In this document: positions 48,069 through 58,942 of the stretch, in pieces
Layout of the letters: each line of letters begins with the position of its first letter
How positions within the stretch are numbered: the stretch's first letter is position 1
Assembly: GCA_052034935.1 (NCBI GenBank)
Contig: JBPOIB010000006.1
Span: forward strand, 537 to 64,536
Length of the DNA: 64,000 nt
Reading direction: 5' to 3'
From: Candidatus Moraniibacteriota bacterium
GTDB taxonomy: Bacteria; Patescibacteriota; Minisyncoccia; Moranbacterales; UBA1568
Made by a program: the position numbers and the translations under genes
The notes under the pieces: generated by a model
Told to the model about the DNA's origin: nothing
What the model saw: only the letters and a program-made list of their open reading frames with translations
Database searches by the model: none

Positions 48069-48803
48069 ATGATTATCCAGGCAATCAAAACTGAACGTGT
48101 CACACCGGAAAAACAGTCTTTACTCCACTTTCTGGATGACTCGCTTTCAGATTTTTCAGATGGCTCTATCCTTGTCATCACCTCAAAAATTGTCGCTCTT
48201 TGCGAGGGACGTTTTATTCCAAAGACGAGCGGCATTACCGATGAGACAGTCGCTGCCGAGGCCGACTACTACTTGCCGAAAGAGGCGAGCCCATACGGTG
48301 TCCCGCTCACCATCCGCGACAACACCTTCGTCGCGAGAGCGGGAATCGATGCATCCAATACCGATGGTGTCTATTCTCTTCTCCCGATCGACAGCTACGC
48401 GACGGCGCGCTTGGTTCGAGAATATCTGATGGGACGATTCAAGGTAAACAATATCGGTGTCATCATTTCTGACAGCCACTCGACCCCGCTCCGTCGTGGC
48501 GTCACCGGGGTCGCGATCGGCTGGAGTGGTTTCATCGGACTGAAGAGCTACGAAAATACACCCGACATCTTCGGTCACACATTCACTACCCACACCAATA
48601 TCGTCGATGCCCTCGCAACGTCAGCCGTACTTACTATGGGTGAAGGGGCCGAGCAAACACCACTCGCTACCATTACCGATGTTCCCTTTGTTGAATTCAA
48701 TACTGACTCACCGACCGCTGAAGAGCTCGCCTACTTCAAACCGAAGCTCGAGGATGACCTCTTTGCGCCACTCATGAATTATTCAACGCTTCGAAAAGGG
48801 TAG
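48069..48803 (+). CDS. CofE-like (F420-0:glutamate ligase family) protein
   Basis: ITSKIV..CEG, AGIDASN, IISDS..PLR.G and MGEGAEQTP motifs. Confidence 0.85.
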   Translation: MIIQAIKTERVTPEKQSLLHFLDDSLSDFSDGSILVITSKIVALCEGRFIPKTSGITDETVAAEADYYLPKEASPYGVPLTIRDNTFVARAGIDASNTDGVYSLLPIDSYATARLVREYLMGRFKVNNIGVIISDSHSTPLRRGVTGVAIGWSGFIGLKSYENTPDIFGHTFTTHTNIVDALATSAVLTMGEGAEQTPLATITDVPFVEFNTDSPTAEELAYFKPKLEDDLFAPLMNYSTLRKG

Positions 48804-48859
48804 CGACTATAGGTCTCTTTTTCCTTGAATCCAAGCCTTTTTCGTGGTATTTTTTGGAT

Positions 48860-51520
48860 ATGTCTGAGCAGAAAGAAAATCTCGAATTCCCCAAGGCCTA
48901 TGACCCAAAAGCCTGGGAGTCCAGTATCCTCGCCCGTTGGGATAAGGCCGACTTCGCTAACCCCGATACCTGCATCAAAGCCGGGGTGACCAAACCTGAT
49001 GCGGAGCCATTTTCCATCGTCCTCCCCCCACCGAATGTCACCGGCACCCTTCACATCGGCCATGCGGCGATGCTTGCCATCGAGGATACGATTGTCCGAT
49101 ACAAACGGATGTCCGGCTATCGCACGCTCTGGCTCCCCGGCACCGACCATGCTGCTATCGCGACCGAAAGCAAAGTCGAAAAAATCCTCCGCGAGACCGA
49201 AAATAAATCCCGCCACGATCTCGGCCGCAAAGAATTTTTGAAGCGAGTTATTGATTTCGCTCAAGACAGCCATGACACCATCGTCGGCCAAGTGAAACGC
49301 ATGGGATCGTCCGTTGACTGGTCACGTGAAGCCTACACATTTGATGAAAAGCGTAGCCTCGCCGTCCGAACCGCGTTCAAGAAAATGTACGACGCCGGTA
49401 TCATCTATCGCGGCAATCGCATCGTGAACTGGGACCCGGTGGGACAGACAACCATCTCCGATGATGAAGTCGTCCACCAGGAAGAGACAGCGAGATTCTA
49501 CTACCTCAAGTACGGACCGTTCGAAATCGCGACGGCCCGGCCCGAGACCAAGTTCGGCGATAAGTACGTCGTCATGCATCCGGATGATCTTCGCTACGCC
49601 GACTATACCGACGGCCAGAAATTCACCCTCGAATGGATCAATGGCCCGATTGAGGCGACTGTCATCAAGGATACGGCAATCGATATGACATTCGGTACTG
49701 GCGTCATGACGATCACGCCCTGGCACAGCATGGCCGATTTCGAGATCGCCGAACGGCACGGACTCGACATGGAACCGATTATTGACCTCTCTGGTAAACT
49801 CCTCCCCGTCGCCGGTGAATTCGCCGGCATGCCGATTACGGAAGCGCGCGAAAAAATTGTCGCCAAGCTCGAAGAAAAAGGGCTCGTCACGAAAATCGAA
49901 GAAGGCTACGTCCACCAGATCGCAACCGCCGAGCGCACCGGCGCCACCATCGAACCGCAAGTCATGCGCCAGTGGTTCATCAGCGTCAATCGGGAATTCG
50001 AGCGTAATGGGAAAATGGTGACACTCAAGTCGCTCATGCAAGACGCAATCCGCTCGAAAAAGATCGCCATCCTGCCCGAGCGCTTCGAAAAGAATTATTT
50101 CTACTGGATTGATAATCTCCGGGACTGGTGCATTAGCCGTCAGATCTGGTTCGGCCATCAGATTCCCGTTTGGTACCGTGGCGATGAAACCTATTGTGGC
50201 ATCGAAGCGCCGGAGGGCGATGGTTGGCAACAGGATCCCGATACGCTCGACACGTGGTTCTCGTCCGGGCTTTGGACGTTCTCGACCCTCGGCTGGCCTG
50301 ATGAGGGAGAATGGACAAAGCATCGCGACTATCACCCGACCGCCCTTCTTGAGACCGGTTACGATATCCTCTTCTTCTGGGTGGCTCGCATGATTCTCAT
50401 GTCCGAGTACCTCCTCGGCGAGATCCCTTTTAAAACTGTCTACCTCCACGGCCTCGTCCGCGACGGTCAAGGCCGCAAGATGTCGAAGTCGCTCGGCAAC
50501 ACCATCAACCCGCTTGATGTCGCCGATGAATTCGGTGCCGATGCCCTCCGGCTTTCCCTCATCGTCGGCTCTACCCCAGGCAATGACGTGAAGGTTGGGC
50601 CGGAAAAATTCACCGCCTCACGAAATTTCGTGAACAAGCTCTGGAATATGGGACGGTATATCAAGTCATCTGTCGCGCCCGAGTTCTTGGAATGGGATCT
50701 CGTTGCCAAACTCCCCGATCATCTTTCTGCTACTGATGAATGGATACTCGATCGGCTCGCGACCGTACAAAACAAAGTATCTCATCGGCTAGATGTTTAC
50801 GATCTTTCTCTCGCCGCTGAAATACTCCGTGATTTCACCTGGAATGAATTCGCTGACTGGTACATTGAAGTCCACAAAATCGAAAAGAACGATGCTGTGC
50901 TTATCACTGTTTACAACCAGCTCCTCAAGCTCTGGCATCCTTTCATGCCCTTCGTCACGGAATCGCTCCGCTCATCGCTATACCCAAACGAAGATGTACT
51001 GCTCGCTACTTCGCCCTGGCAGACACCAAATATGATTCGTGCCTCTAGTGAGACAAGTGTCGAAAAATTCATTACTATTGTCGAGCTCATCCAGAGAATC
51101 AGGAATGTCCGCGCCGTGTACCATATCGACCCAAAAGAAGCGCTCTCGCTCACGCTCGTCGGCGATGAATCAGTCCTCGCTCCGTTCGCACCGATCATCG
51201 AACGGCTCGGCCGCATCTCAGAAGTCATCATCACCGAGGTCGCAGCTCAACCGAAGGCGACGGCCAGCATCGCTCTCGGTGAGCTTCATGCCTTCGTCCA
51301 TCTCGGCGACGTGATTGATGTTGCGGCCGAAAGGTCCCGACTCGAGAAAGAACGAGTGAACCTGGAAAAATATATCGCTGGACTGGAGACTCGACTTGCT
51401 GATACCCGTTTCACCGAAAAAGCGCCAGCCGCGGTCATCGAAGCGCAACGTACTTCCCTCGCTGAAGCGAAAGGGAGGGTCGCTATACTTACGACCTCCA
51501 TAAGCGAACTCTCAGAATAA
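48860..51520 (+). CDS. valS: Valine--tRNA ligase
   Basis: PPPNVTGTLHIGH, DWCISRQIWFGH and KMSKS motifs; C-terminal coiled coil. Confidence 0.96.
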   Translation: MSEQKENLEFPKAYDPKAWESSILARWDKADFANPDTCIKAGVTKPDAEPFSIVLPPPNVTGTLHIGHAAMLAIEDTIVRYKRMSGYRTLWLPGTDHAAIATESKVEKILRETENKSRHDLGRKEFLKRVIDFAQDSHDTIVGQVKRMGSSVDWSREAYTFDEKRSLAVRTAFKKMYDAGIIYRGNRIVNWDPVGQTTISDDEVVHQEETARFYYLKYGPFEIATARPETKFGDKYVVMHPDDLRYADYTDGQKFTLEWINGPIEATVIKDTAIDMTFGTGVMTITPWHSMADFEIAERHGLDMEPIIDLSGKLLPVAGEFAGMPITEAREKIVAKLEEKGLVTKIEEGYVHQIATAERTGATIEPQVMRQWFISVNREFERNGKMVTLKSLMQDAIRSKKIAILPERFEKNYFYWIDNLRDWCISRQIWFGHQIPVWYRGDETYCGIEAPEGDGWQQDPDTLDTWFSSGLWTFSTLGWPDEGEWTKHRDYHPTALLETGYDILFFWVARMILMSEYLLGEIPFKTVYLHGLVRDGQGRKMSKSLGNTINPLDVADEFGADALRLSLIVGSTPGNDVKVGPEKFTASRNFVNKLWNMGRYIKSSVAPEFLEWDLVAKLPDHLSATDEWILDRLATVQNKVSHRLDVYDLSLAAEILRDFTWNEFADWYIEVHKIEKNDAVLITVYNQLLKLWHPFMPFVTESLRSSLYPNEDVLLATSPWQTPNMIRASSETSVEKFITIVELIQRIRNVRAVYHIDPKEALSLTLVGDESVLAPFAPIIERLGRISEVIITEVAAQPKATASIALGELHAFVHLGDVIDVAAERSRLEKERVNLEKYIAGLETRLADTRFTEKAPAAVIEAQRTSLAEAKGRVAILTTSISELSE

Positions 51521-51957
51521 TGTTCGGACTCGCTCTCATTTATGGTTTTCTTGCAGCGACTGCAGCGCTCCTGGTTCAAGTCGTCGCTCTGTTCGTGTTT
51601 GATTTTTCATTTACGTCCTCCCCATCACTCGGCCTCTTTCTCGCGGCGGCAGCCCTTGAGGAGGGGTCGCGACTCGTTTTTCTTCTGCAGCTTGCGAAAC
51701 ATCATCCGAACGCAACCTCGCTTATCCATGCTTTCTTGTTCGGCATCGGATTCGTCGTCGCAGAACTCGCGCTCCTTGCTCTTACCCCGACCGACCTCCC
51801 GGAGATCTTCCTCATAGCCCGGACAGCACTCATCCATCTCCTTGGGACATTCATCATTTATATCGGTCTTCGTTCCAAAAAGATGTACCCTCTCGCGCCG
51901 CTCATTGCCGTCATTCTCGCCATCCTCGCCCACACCCTCTACAACCACTCCCTCTAG
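51520..51957 (+). CDS. Membrane protein (PrsW-like)
   Basis: TM helices with EE..R, G.GF..E, H and H..YN motifs. Confidence 0.6.
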   Translation: MFGLALIYGFLAATAALLVQVVALFVFDFSFTSSPSLGLFLAAAALEEGSRLVFLLQLAKHHPNATSLIHAFLFGIGFVVAELALLALTPTDLPEIFLIARTALIHLLGTFIIYIGLRSKKMYPLAPLIAVILAILAHTLYNHSL

Positions 51958-52031
51958 CCCTGGTTGACCTTGCAGTAAGCCCCCTCTTTCCTCTATACTG
52001 AAGCTGATATTCGCGCATCAATTAAAGCACT

Positions 52032-52595
52032 ATGATGAAACAGAAACGTTCCTTTTTTGAGCGATTAACTGGCGCCCGAGAGCTTGATCAATCCCCTCTG
52101 TACCAGGAGGAAAGCGTCAGCATCTACTCCCAGGAAGAAGAGACTCCTCTCCAGATGAATACCGAGCCGACCTATGTTCGGGAAGCCCCCGAAGAGCCGA
52201 CATGGAGCACACCCTCTTATTCTGCTGCCTCCCCAGTCGGCGGCAGTATGGCTGATGATAATGCTGAGGGGCAACTCACCATCGATGTCTACCAGACCGA
52301 CAACGATATCGTGATCAAATCGACGATTGCCGGCGTAAAGCCTGAGGATTTGGATGTCTCGATCAACAACGACATGGTAACCGTCAAAGGCGAGCGGAAA
52401 AACGAAGAAATCGTCGAGAACGGCAACTACTATTACCAGGAATGCTACTGGGGATCCTTCTCCCGGTCCGTCCTCCTTCCTGTCGATGTCATCCCGGAAA
52501 AAGCTGATGCTGCGCTCAAAAACGGGATTCTTACCATCCGGCTTCCGAAAGCTGATACGACCAAAACAAAGAAAATCCAGGTGAGAGGTTTTTAA
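52032..52595 (+). CDS. Hsp20/alpha-crystallin family protein
   Basis: DVYQT, YWGSFSRS and A.LKNGILTI.LPK motifs. Confidence 0.92.
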   Translation: MMKQKRSFFERLTGARELDQSPLYQEESVSIYSQEEETPLQMNTEPTYVREAPEEPTWSTPSYSAASPVGGSMADDNAEGQLTIDVYQTDNDIVIKSTIAGVKPEDLDVSINNDMVTVKGERKNEEIVENGNYYYQECYWGSFSRSVLLPVDVIPEKADAALKNGILTIRLPKADTTKTKKIQVRGF

Positions 52596-52602
52596 TCTTC
52601 GC

Positions 52603-53886
52603 ATGCTCTACGGTAGCACTCGATACGATCGGTTGTTCTCTCGGGCGGCGCTCATCGCCGCTCTTGTTTTTCTCGTACCGAAAATGGCGAGCGCACTCAT
52701 CATTCCCGAAGACGTAACTCTCGAAACCAGTACCTACGCGCAGGTCATGGATCGCCAGGAGATTCTTTCCTGGTACGATGAGGAGAAGCATTTCGCCCTC
52801 GACTTAAATCGCCGCCCTGAGTTTGAATTGACTGACTCTCTGTGCGCGCCATTCCGAATTTTCTGTGTTGCTTTCCTCTCGCGCGAAACCAAATCCCACC
52901 TCGTTCTCTCCCGCTCTCTTGCAATCGACAAAGAGGCTCTCAAGGTAAGCATTGGTCTCTTCGCGGAAAAAGCCGATCGCGACCCGAAAAATGCCCGCTT
53001 CAAAGTCGAGGATTCAAAGGTCAGCATCGCTACCCCAGCGGAAAATGGAATTGTCGTCCATCCTGAACGGAGCCTGGAGGCCCTCGAATCCGGATTACTT
53101 TCGGCCGATTCCGAACGTGCCCATATCACGCTCGTGAGCGAGCAGGTTCCGGCTAAAATCTCAGCCGAGACACTCTCAACACTCGGCATTTCCGAACTCA
53201 TCGGAACGGCCACGACCGATTTCCGCGGCTCGCCGAAAAATCGGATTTACAACATCGAACGCGCTATCCAGGAATTCGACGGTATTGTCATTGAGCCCGA
53301 TGCCGTCTTCTCCTTCGTCGACTACCTCGGTGAAGTCGACGGTGAGCACGGTTATCTGCCCGAGCTTGTGATCAAGAACAATAAGACGGAGCCTGAATTC
53401 GGCGGTGGCATCTGCCAAGTCTCGACAACTGTCTTCCGGGCCGCCCTTCAGTCAGGTCTCAAGATCACCGAACGACGAAACCATGCGTACGCCGTCCAGT
53501 ACTACAAACCGTACGGACTCGATGCGACTATCTATATCCCGAAACCTGATCTCCAGTTCAAAAATAACACCCCTGGCGCCGTCCTGCTCGTTCCGGAGAT
53601 AAACGGCACGCGGCTCACTTTCTCGATGTTCGGTACGCGTGACGGACGGACCACGACTATCGACGGACCGCACATCCTTGAAAGTAACCCTGATGGCAGC
53701 ATGAGAACCGTCTTTACCCATACTGTTACTGACAGTAATGGGAAAACCTTCATCAACGATACTTTCTGGAGCAACTATAAGTCTCCGAGCCTCTTTCCGC
53801 ACCCCGGGGACGAACCGACCTACACTTCCAAACCGAAAGGCTGGTCGAATAAGCAGTGGGCCGAGTACAAGAAAATTCGCCCCTAG
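52603..53886 (+). CDS. VanW family protein
   Basis: R.YNI, GGGICQVSTT, ERRNH and DATIY..DLQFKN motifs. Confidence 0.9.
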   Translation: MLYGSTRYDRLFSRAALIAALVFLVPKMASALIIPEDVTLETSTYAQVMDRQEILSWYDEEKHFALDLNRRPEFELTDSLCAPFRIFCVAFLSRETKSHLVLSRSLAIDKEALKVSIGLFAEKADRDPKNARFKVEDSKVSIATPAENGIVVHPERSLEALESGLLSADSERAHITLVSEQVPAKISAETLSTLGISELIGTATTDFRGSPKNRIYNIERAIQEFDGIVIEPDAVFSFVDYLGEVDGEHGYLPELVIKNNKTEPEFGGGICQVSTTVFRAALQSGLKITERRNHAYAVQYYKPYGLDATIYIPKPDLQFKNNTPGAVLLVPEINGTRLTFSMFGTRDGRTTTIDGPHILESNPDGSMRTVFTHTVTDSNGKTFINDTFWSNYKSPSLFPHPGDEPTYTSKPKGWSNKQWAEYKKIRP

Positions 53887-53961
53887 CCATTACCCTCTTC
53901 ATTGACGAACGGGCATTTTTTCGCTAATCTAGAGCCACTGTTTGACAGCGTTTTTTTGTTT

Positions 53962-54034
53962 GGGTGCATAGCTCAGTCGGTAGAGCAGTGGCCTCTTAAG
54001 CCAACGGTCGTAGGTTCGATTCCTACTGCACCCA
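53962..54034 (+). tRNA. tRNA-Lys(CTT)
   Basis: Cloverleaf; anticodon loop CTCTTAA. Confidence 0.93.
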
Positions 54035-54071
54035 CCCCCAAGAGCCTTCTTTGCAATCAAGTATCTAGAGT

Positions 54072-54143
54072 GGTGGCTATCGTCTAATGGTAAGACAACG
54101 GTTTGTGGTACCGTGAACGAGGGTCCGATTCCCTCTAGCTACC
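54072..54143 (+). tRNA. tRNA-His(GTG)
   Basis: G-1:C73 pair; anticodon loop TTGTGGT; T-loop reads TCCGATT. Confidence 0.88.
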
Positions 54144-54172
54144 CCTGTGGATATTTGATTGCCGGACAAAAC

Positions 54173-54244
54173 GTCCCTGTAGCTCAATGGATAGAGCAGG
54201 AGTCTTCTAAGCTCTTGATGAAGGTTCGATTCCTTCCGGGGACA
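54173..54244 (+). tRNA. tRNA-Arg(TCT)
   Basis: Cloverleaf; anticodon loop CTTCTAA. Confidence 0.93.
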
Positions 54245-54382
54245 CTCTTTTCTTCCCGCAGGGAGTTTTTTGTTTCCTGATCACTCTCTAGAGAAGCAGG
54301 CTTATCGAGGTTGACAGCCTCGCATCGAGACCCTTGGAAAAGCGCTATAATAGCAGCAGTAACCACTAATGCTTCAAGTAAT

Positions 54383-54802
54383 ATGTTCTCAAAAACATGC
54401 GCGACAGCCTCCTGGACCCCGACTGCGGCGCGCGTTTTTCTCGCGCTTCTCTTCGTCGTCGGCGGATTCGGAAAACTCATGGCTTTCGAAGGAACGGTCG
54501 GGTACATCGGCTCCCTGGTGAATGAGCCGGCTGCTCCGTTACTAACAGTACTTGCAATCATTTTCGAACTCGGCGGCGGACTGATGCTCCTCTTCAACTG
54601 GAAAACGTCACTCGGCGTCGATATGCTCATCGCCTTTACGGTCGTCGCTACCATACTCGGCCACACGACCTTTACCGGTGATGCGATGGCTGATCAGATG
54701 CAGTACACCGCTATTCTGAAAAATCTCGCCATCATCGGCGGACTTCTCCTCATGGCCAGACTTGCCTGTGGGGAAAATCGGACCGAAACCACTGCAGCCT
54801 AA
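54383..54802 (+). CDS. DoxX family membrane protein
   Basis: R.FLA.LF..G..KL, ELGGG and KNLAIIGGLL motifs. Confidence 0.9.
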   Translation: MFSKTCATASWTPTAARVFLALLFVVGGFGKLMAFEGTVGYIGSLVNEPAAPLLTVLAIIFELGGGLMLLFNWKTSLGVDMLIAFTVVATILGHTTFTGDAMADQMQYTAILKNLAIIGGLLLMARLACGENRTETTAA

Positions 54803-54824
54803 GTCGATTTTGTACGGAACAGAT

Positions 54825-54849
54825 AAAAACCGCCAGGTTGGCGGTTTTT
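54825..54849. terminator. Bidirectional terminator
   Basis: taaaaaccgcca-ggt-tggcggtttt between convergent genes. Confidence 0.7.
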
Positions 54850-54891
54850 ATCTGCCCAAAATAGTTCCCTCCACTTTTTCGTATCCGAAGA

Positions 54892-55485
54892 CTACGCGAG
54901 TACCTTATCGACAATACCGTACGTCTTGGCCTCATCAGCAGTCATGAAGTAGTCACGTTCCGTATCAGCTTCAATCTTGGCGAGCTTCTGGCCCGTATGT
55001 TTCGCGAGAATACGATTCAGCCGATCCCGCACCTTCAGGATATGTTTGGCATGGATATCGATATCGGTTGCCTGACCTTCGACACCACCCAAAACCTGAT
55101 GGATCATCACCTCGGCATTCGGCAGCGCAAAGCGCTTCCCTTTAGCTCCCGCCGAAAGAAGGACCGAGGCGGCTGAGGCGGCCAGACCGATACAGATTGT
55201 TTCGACATCCGGCTTTACGTGCTGCATCGTATCATAGATTGCCATGGCCGATGTGACCGAACCCCCGGGAGAATTGATGTAGATCTTGATATCGTCTTTA
55301 GCGCTCTGCGACTGGAGGAAGAGCAACTGCGCAATAACCGTATTCGCGACCGAATCATCAATCTGCGAACCGATAAAGATAATCCGATCCTTGAGGAGCC
55401 GCGAATAGATATCATAGGCGCGCTCGCCCATTGCGGTCTTTTCAATCACCATCGGCACGAGATAGTTGTTCTGGAGCTCTTTCAT
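54892..55485 (-). CDS. clpP: ATP-dependent Clp protease proteolytic subunit
   Basis: [24 protein letters not shown] and MIHQ motifs. Confidence 0.96.
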   Translation of the reverse strand: MKELQNNYLVPMVIEKTAMGERAYDIYSRLLKDRIIFIGSQIDDSVANTVIAQLLFLQSQSAKDDIKIYINSPGGSVTSAMAIYDTMQHVKPDVETICIGLAASAASVLLSAGAKGKRFALPNAEVMIHQVLGGVEGQATDIDIHAKHILKVRDRLNRILAKHTGQKLAKIEADTERDYFMTADEAKTYGIVDKVLA

Positions 55486-55519
55486 ATTCGGTAGTATTAC
55501 GGACAGAACCGATCCATCA

Positions 55520-56815
55520 TTACGCTTTGACGCCTTCAAGCCACGTCAGTACCCGGTCATTCACGAGTTGGCCCCGGACCGAAGTATAGAGTTTCGTCAT
55601 GTCGAGATTCTGCTCGACGTTCTTGATATTCTTGTAGTACTGGAAGACCTTGTTCATCTCGGCCTCGACCTCCTCGGCACTCGGTTCGATCGATTCGTCC
55701 CCGGCCAATTTTTGGAGGATGAGTTCAGCCGCAACACGCTTCTTCGCTTGCGGTTCCCACTCGACTCTCATCTCGGCCTCGGTCTTCTTCGTCTCAGCGA
55801 GGTACTTTTCCCACTCGAAACCCATCGATTCTACCTGGGAACGGAATTGACCGAGCATTCGATTTGCTTCTTCTTCGACAAGTACAGCTGGATACTCCAT
55901 CTCCGTTGCAGCGATGAGGGCATCGAGAATAGCGGCGCGGCGCGCTTCCTTAGCACCTCGCTTCTTCTCTTCGAGCATCCCCTCTTTCATATTTTTCTTC
56001 AACTCGGCGAGACTTTCGAACTTGCCAACTGTCTTGACGAACGCATCATCAATGACGGGTGGACGACGCTCCTCCACCGACTTCAGTACGACATCAAACT
56101 TCGCCTTTTTCCCCGCGAGATGCTTCGCGTGATACTCGGCCGGAAAAGTCAGCTCGAAAGATTTCTCAGCGCCTTTTTCCAAACCGATCACCTGTTCTTC
56201 GAAGCCCGGGATAAAGGTACCCGAACCGAGAACAAGCGCGTGATCCTTACTTGTCCCTCCTTCAATAACGACACCATCAACGGTTACGGTGAAATCAACC
56301 TTGACTGTATCGCCTGAAATAGCTGGTCGGCCGACTGGAACGAACGCCGCCCGCATCTTGGCAAGCTCAGCGATTTCTTTGTCGACTTCCTCATCAGTCA
56401 CGACGATCTCCGCCTTATCGGCCGTTTCATTGATCTTGGAAACTTCCTTCTTCCATTCCTTGAGGACAACCTCCGGCAGGACGTCAGTCACGACGGTATA
56501 GACGAGCGGTTCACCCTGTTTGACCGCATCAAATTTCACTTCCGGTCGGCCAATTGCCTCAGCCTTCGCTTCGAGGAGCGCCTTCGGATAGCTATGATGG
56601 ACCGCGTGCTCAGCTGTCTCGACGAGAATTGCCTCCGTACCGAAACGCTGCTCCAGCACCGCTTCCGGTACTTTCCCCTGCCGGAAACCGGCGAGGTTGA
56701 TATTCTTCGCCATGTGCTCGACCGCATGTTCCTTGTGACTCTGCCATTCGTCCCACGGGAGCGTAACGGTGATTTCCCAACGCGAGGCCGGGAGCTTCTT
56801 GATGATTACTTCCAT
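55520..56815 (-). CDS. tig: Trigger factor
   Basis: GFRQGKVP ribosome-binding motif; FKBP domain (FIPGFEEQ..G). Confidence 0.95.
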   Translation of the reverse strand: MEVIIKKLPASRWEITVTLPWDEWQSHKEHAVEHMAKNINLAGFRQGKVPEAVLEQRFGTEAILVETAEHAVHHSYPKALLEAKAEAIGRPEVKFDAVKQGEPLVYTVVTDVLPEVVLKEWKKEVSKINETADKAEIVVTDEEVDKEIAELAKMRAAFVPVGRPAISGDTVKVDFTVTVDGVVIEGGTSKDHALVLGSGTFIPGFEEQVIGLEKGAEKSFELTFPAEYHAKHLAGKKAKFDVVLKSVEERRPPVIDDAFVKTVGKFESLAELKKNMKEGMLEEKKRGAKEARRAAILDALIAATEMEYPAVLVEEEANRMLGQFRSQVESMGFEWEKYLAETKKTEAEMRVEWEPQAKKRVAAELILQKLAGDESIEPSAEEVEAEMNKVFQYYKNIKNVEQNLDMTKLYTSVRGQLVNDRVLTWLEGVKA

Positions 56816-56836
56816 AGAATATCTTCCGATCCTTGA

Positions 56837-57379
56837 TTACTTCTTCTTGCTGAATTCTGCGTTATAGAGCTTGACCGAGCGCTTGACCGCCGCGATCGCA
56901 TCTTTCCGCCCCTTGAACCCCTGGACAACAACCTCATTCTTCTTCCCCTTCAATACCTTGTAGGTCTCAAAAAAGTGCTGGTATTCCTTCAGGTTATGCT
57001 TATTGATATCCGAGAGGTCCAACACATCATCCCAGCGCTTGTCATCAACCGGGACCGCAATTACCTTGTAGTCGGAATCCCCACCATCAATCATCTCCAT
57101 GATAGCGACCGGACGGGCGTTCACGAGGATGCCCGGCGCAAGCGGAAACGTCGAAAGGATGATCACATCGAGAGCATCACCATCATCCCAAAGCGTCTGC
57201 GGCGCAAAACCGTAGTCGACCGGATATGGCGCTGCCGAGTAGTTGGCACGGTCGAGCTTGATGAGACCGGTCTCCTTGTCGATCTCGTACTTGTTCGGTG
57301 AGCCCTTCGGGATCTCGATGATGACATTAATCTCTTCCGGAGCGTTATCGCCGAGCTTCACATCATGCCACAAGTTCAT
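56837..57379 (-). CDS. ppa: Inorganic pyrophosphatase
   Basis: EIPKGS.NKYE, DGDALD and HFFETYK motifs. Confidence 0.96.
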   Translation of the reverse strand: MNLWHDVKLGDNAPEEINVIIEIPKGSPNKYEIDKETGLIKLDRANYSAAPYPVDYGFAPQTLWDDGDALDVIILSTFPLAPGILVNARPVAIMEMIDGGDSDYKVIAVPVDDKRWDDVLDLSDINKHNLKEYQHFFETYKVLKGKKNEVVVQGFKGRKDAIAAVKRSVKLYNAEFSKKK

Positions 57380-57416
57380 AGGAATATCTTAGGAAATTAT
57401 CCAGGTATCGCACCCT

Positions 57417-58724
57417 CTACTCTGCCTTCTCTTCCGAGATCGTTTCGGTCGGGACTTCAGCAATCGGAGCAGTCGCTTCGGAAACCGACTCAGCATCAAT
57501 CGCACCGTCTTCGGCCGCGAGGTCCGCTTCCTCCTCCGGGCTCATCACGTCGATGCGCCAGCCGGTGAGTTTGGCTGCAAGTCGGACGTTCTGGCCACGC
57601 TTCCCGATAGCGAGTGAGAGCTGGTCAGCCGGTACCGTGACGATTGCCTGCTGTTCTTCGGGCCGGAGTTCGACCGCGAGCACTTTGGCCGGCGAGAGTG
57701 CAGCGCTGATGAACTTCTGGACGTCCTCGTTCCACTCGATGATATCGATCTTCTCTCCGCCGAGCTCATCAATGACGGTCTGGACACGCGTCCCCTTCTG
57801 GCCGACGCAGGAACCGATCGGGTCGACGCCGTCTTCATTCGCTGAAACTGCGATCTTACTCCGTGACCCGGCTTCGCGTGCGATCGCCTTGATTTCGACG
57901 GTGCCTGTCGCGATCTCCGGCACTTCGAGTGAGAAGAGGTGTCGCACCATCTCGGGATGCGTACGGGAAAGGATAAGTCCCGGACCCTTCGGATCAGACT
58001 CGACCCGGGTGAGGAATACCTTCACATGCTGTCCGATGCGGTAGTTCTCGCCCGGAATCTGCTCCGATGGGAAAATGATACCCGTCGATTTTCCGAGGTC
58101 GACAAAGACATTGCGGCCCTCGATCCGCTGCACGATGCCGTTCACCGCCTGGCCTTCCTTCTCCTTGTATTCGGTGAACATCGTCTCGCGCTCGGCTTCA
58201 CGGATACGCTGGATGATGACCTGCTTCGCCGTCTGAGCCGCGACCCGGCCGAAATCCTCATGATTCTCAAGCGGGAGCTCGATAATATCGCCTACCTTGG
58301 CATCAGCCTTGATCGCCTTCGCCGCTTCGAGCGTCAAATCACGCTCCGCGTTATAGCGTGGCAGACGATCCTCATCAACGACTTCTTCCGGAGCGGCTGA
58401 CCGGCGGGCACCCGGCTTTTCCGACTCTTCCTCTTCGGCCACCTCAGGCACGGTGAAATCGCGCATCGACTCATCGACAACCTCTTTCACCAGGAAAAAA
58501 TCTGCCGACTTGGTTACCTCGTCGAATTTCGATTTGATGATCTGACCTTTCTTGCCATAGTCCTTCTTGTAGGCGGCGGCGAGGGCGGCTTCGACGATTT
58601 CGAATACTTTGTCGCGGGGAAGATTCTTCTCCTCAGCGATCTGCATGACCGCGCTGCCGAACTCTCCGAGCCGACCGGAAAGACTTTCGGATTCAGCCGC
58701 TACGGCCGCTTTCTTCTTGGGCAT
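57417..58724 (-). CDS. nusA: Transcription termination/antitermination factor NusA
   Basis: FGRVAAQTAKQVI, AREAGSRSKIAV and AIGKRGQNVRLA motifs. Confidence 0.96.
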   Translation of the reverse strand: MPKKKAAVAAESESLSGRLGEFGSAVMQIAEEKNLPRDKVFEIVEAALAAAYKKDYGKKGQIIKSKFDEVTKSADFFLVKEVVDESMRDFTVPEVAEEEESEKPGARRSAAPEEVVDEDRLPRYNAERDLTLEAAKAIKADAKVGDIIELPLENHEDFGRVAAQTAKQVIIQRIREAERETMFTEYKEKEGQAVNGIVQRIEGRNVFVDLGKSTGIIFPSEQIPGENYRIGQHVKVFLTRVESDPKGPGLILSRTHPEMVRHLFSLEVPEIATGTVEIKAIAREAGSRSKIAVSANEDGVDPIGSCVGQKGTRVQTVIDELGGEKIDIIEWNEDVQKFISAALSPAKVLAVELRPEEQQAIVTVPADQLSLAIGKRGQNVRLAAKLTGWRIDVMSPEEEADLAAEDGAIDAESVSEATAPIAEVPTETISEEKAE

Positions 58725-58942
58725 ATGAAAATGTGATTACTATCTTATGAATTTACCTCTCTGAGAGGGCGGATTTTGAACAAAAAAAGCCCGCTTCCGC
58801 GAACTCCGACTGCCCTCATCCTTGCCCCACTAGTCTACGCGGAAAACCCCAACCTGTCAATCGGTTTTGAAGAACACAAATCACCCGCAAAATACCCTCA
58901 TTTTAGCCTTTATCCAAGCCTCAAATCTCTCCCTTTCTACCA

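Noticed and set aside
49322-50470. 382-aa minus-strand ORF
   Set aside because: Shadow of valS.
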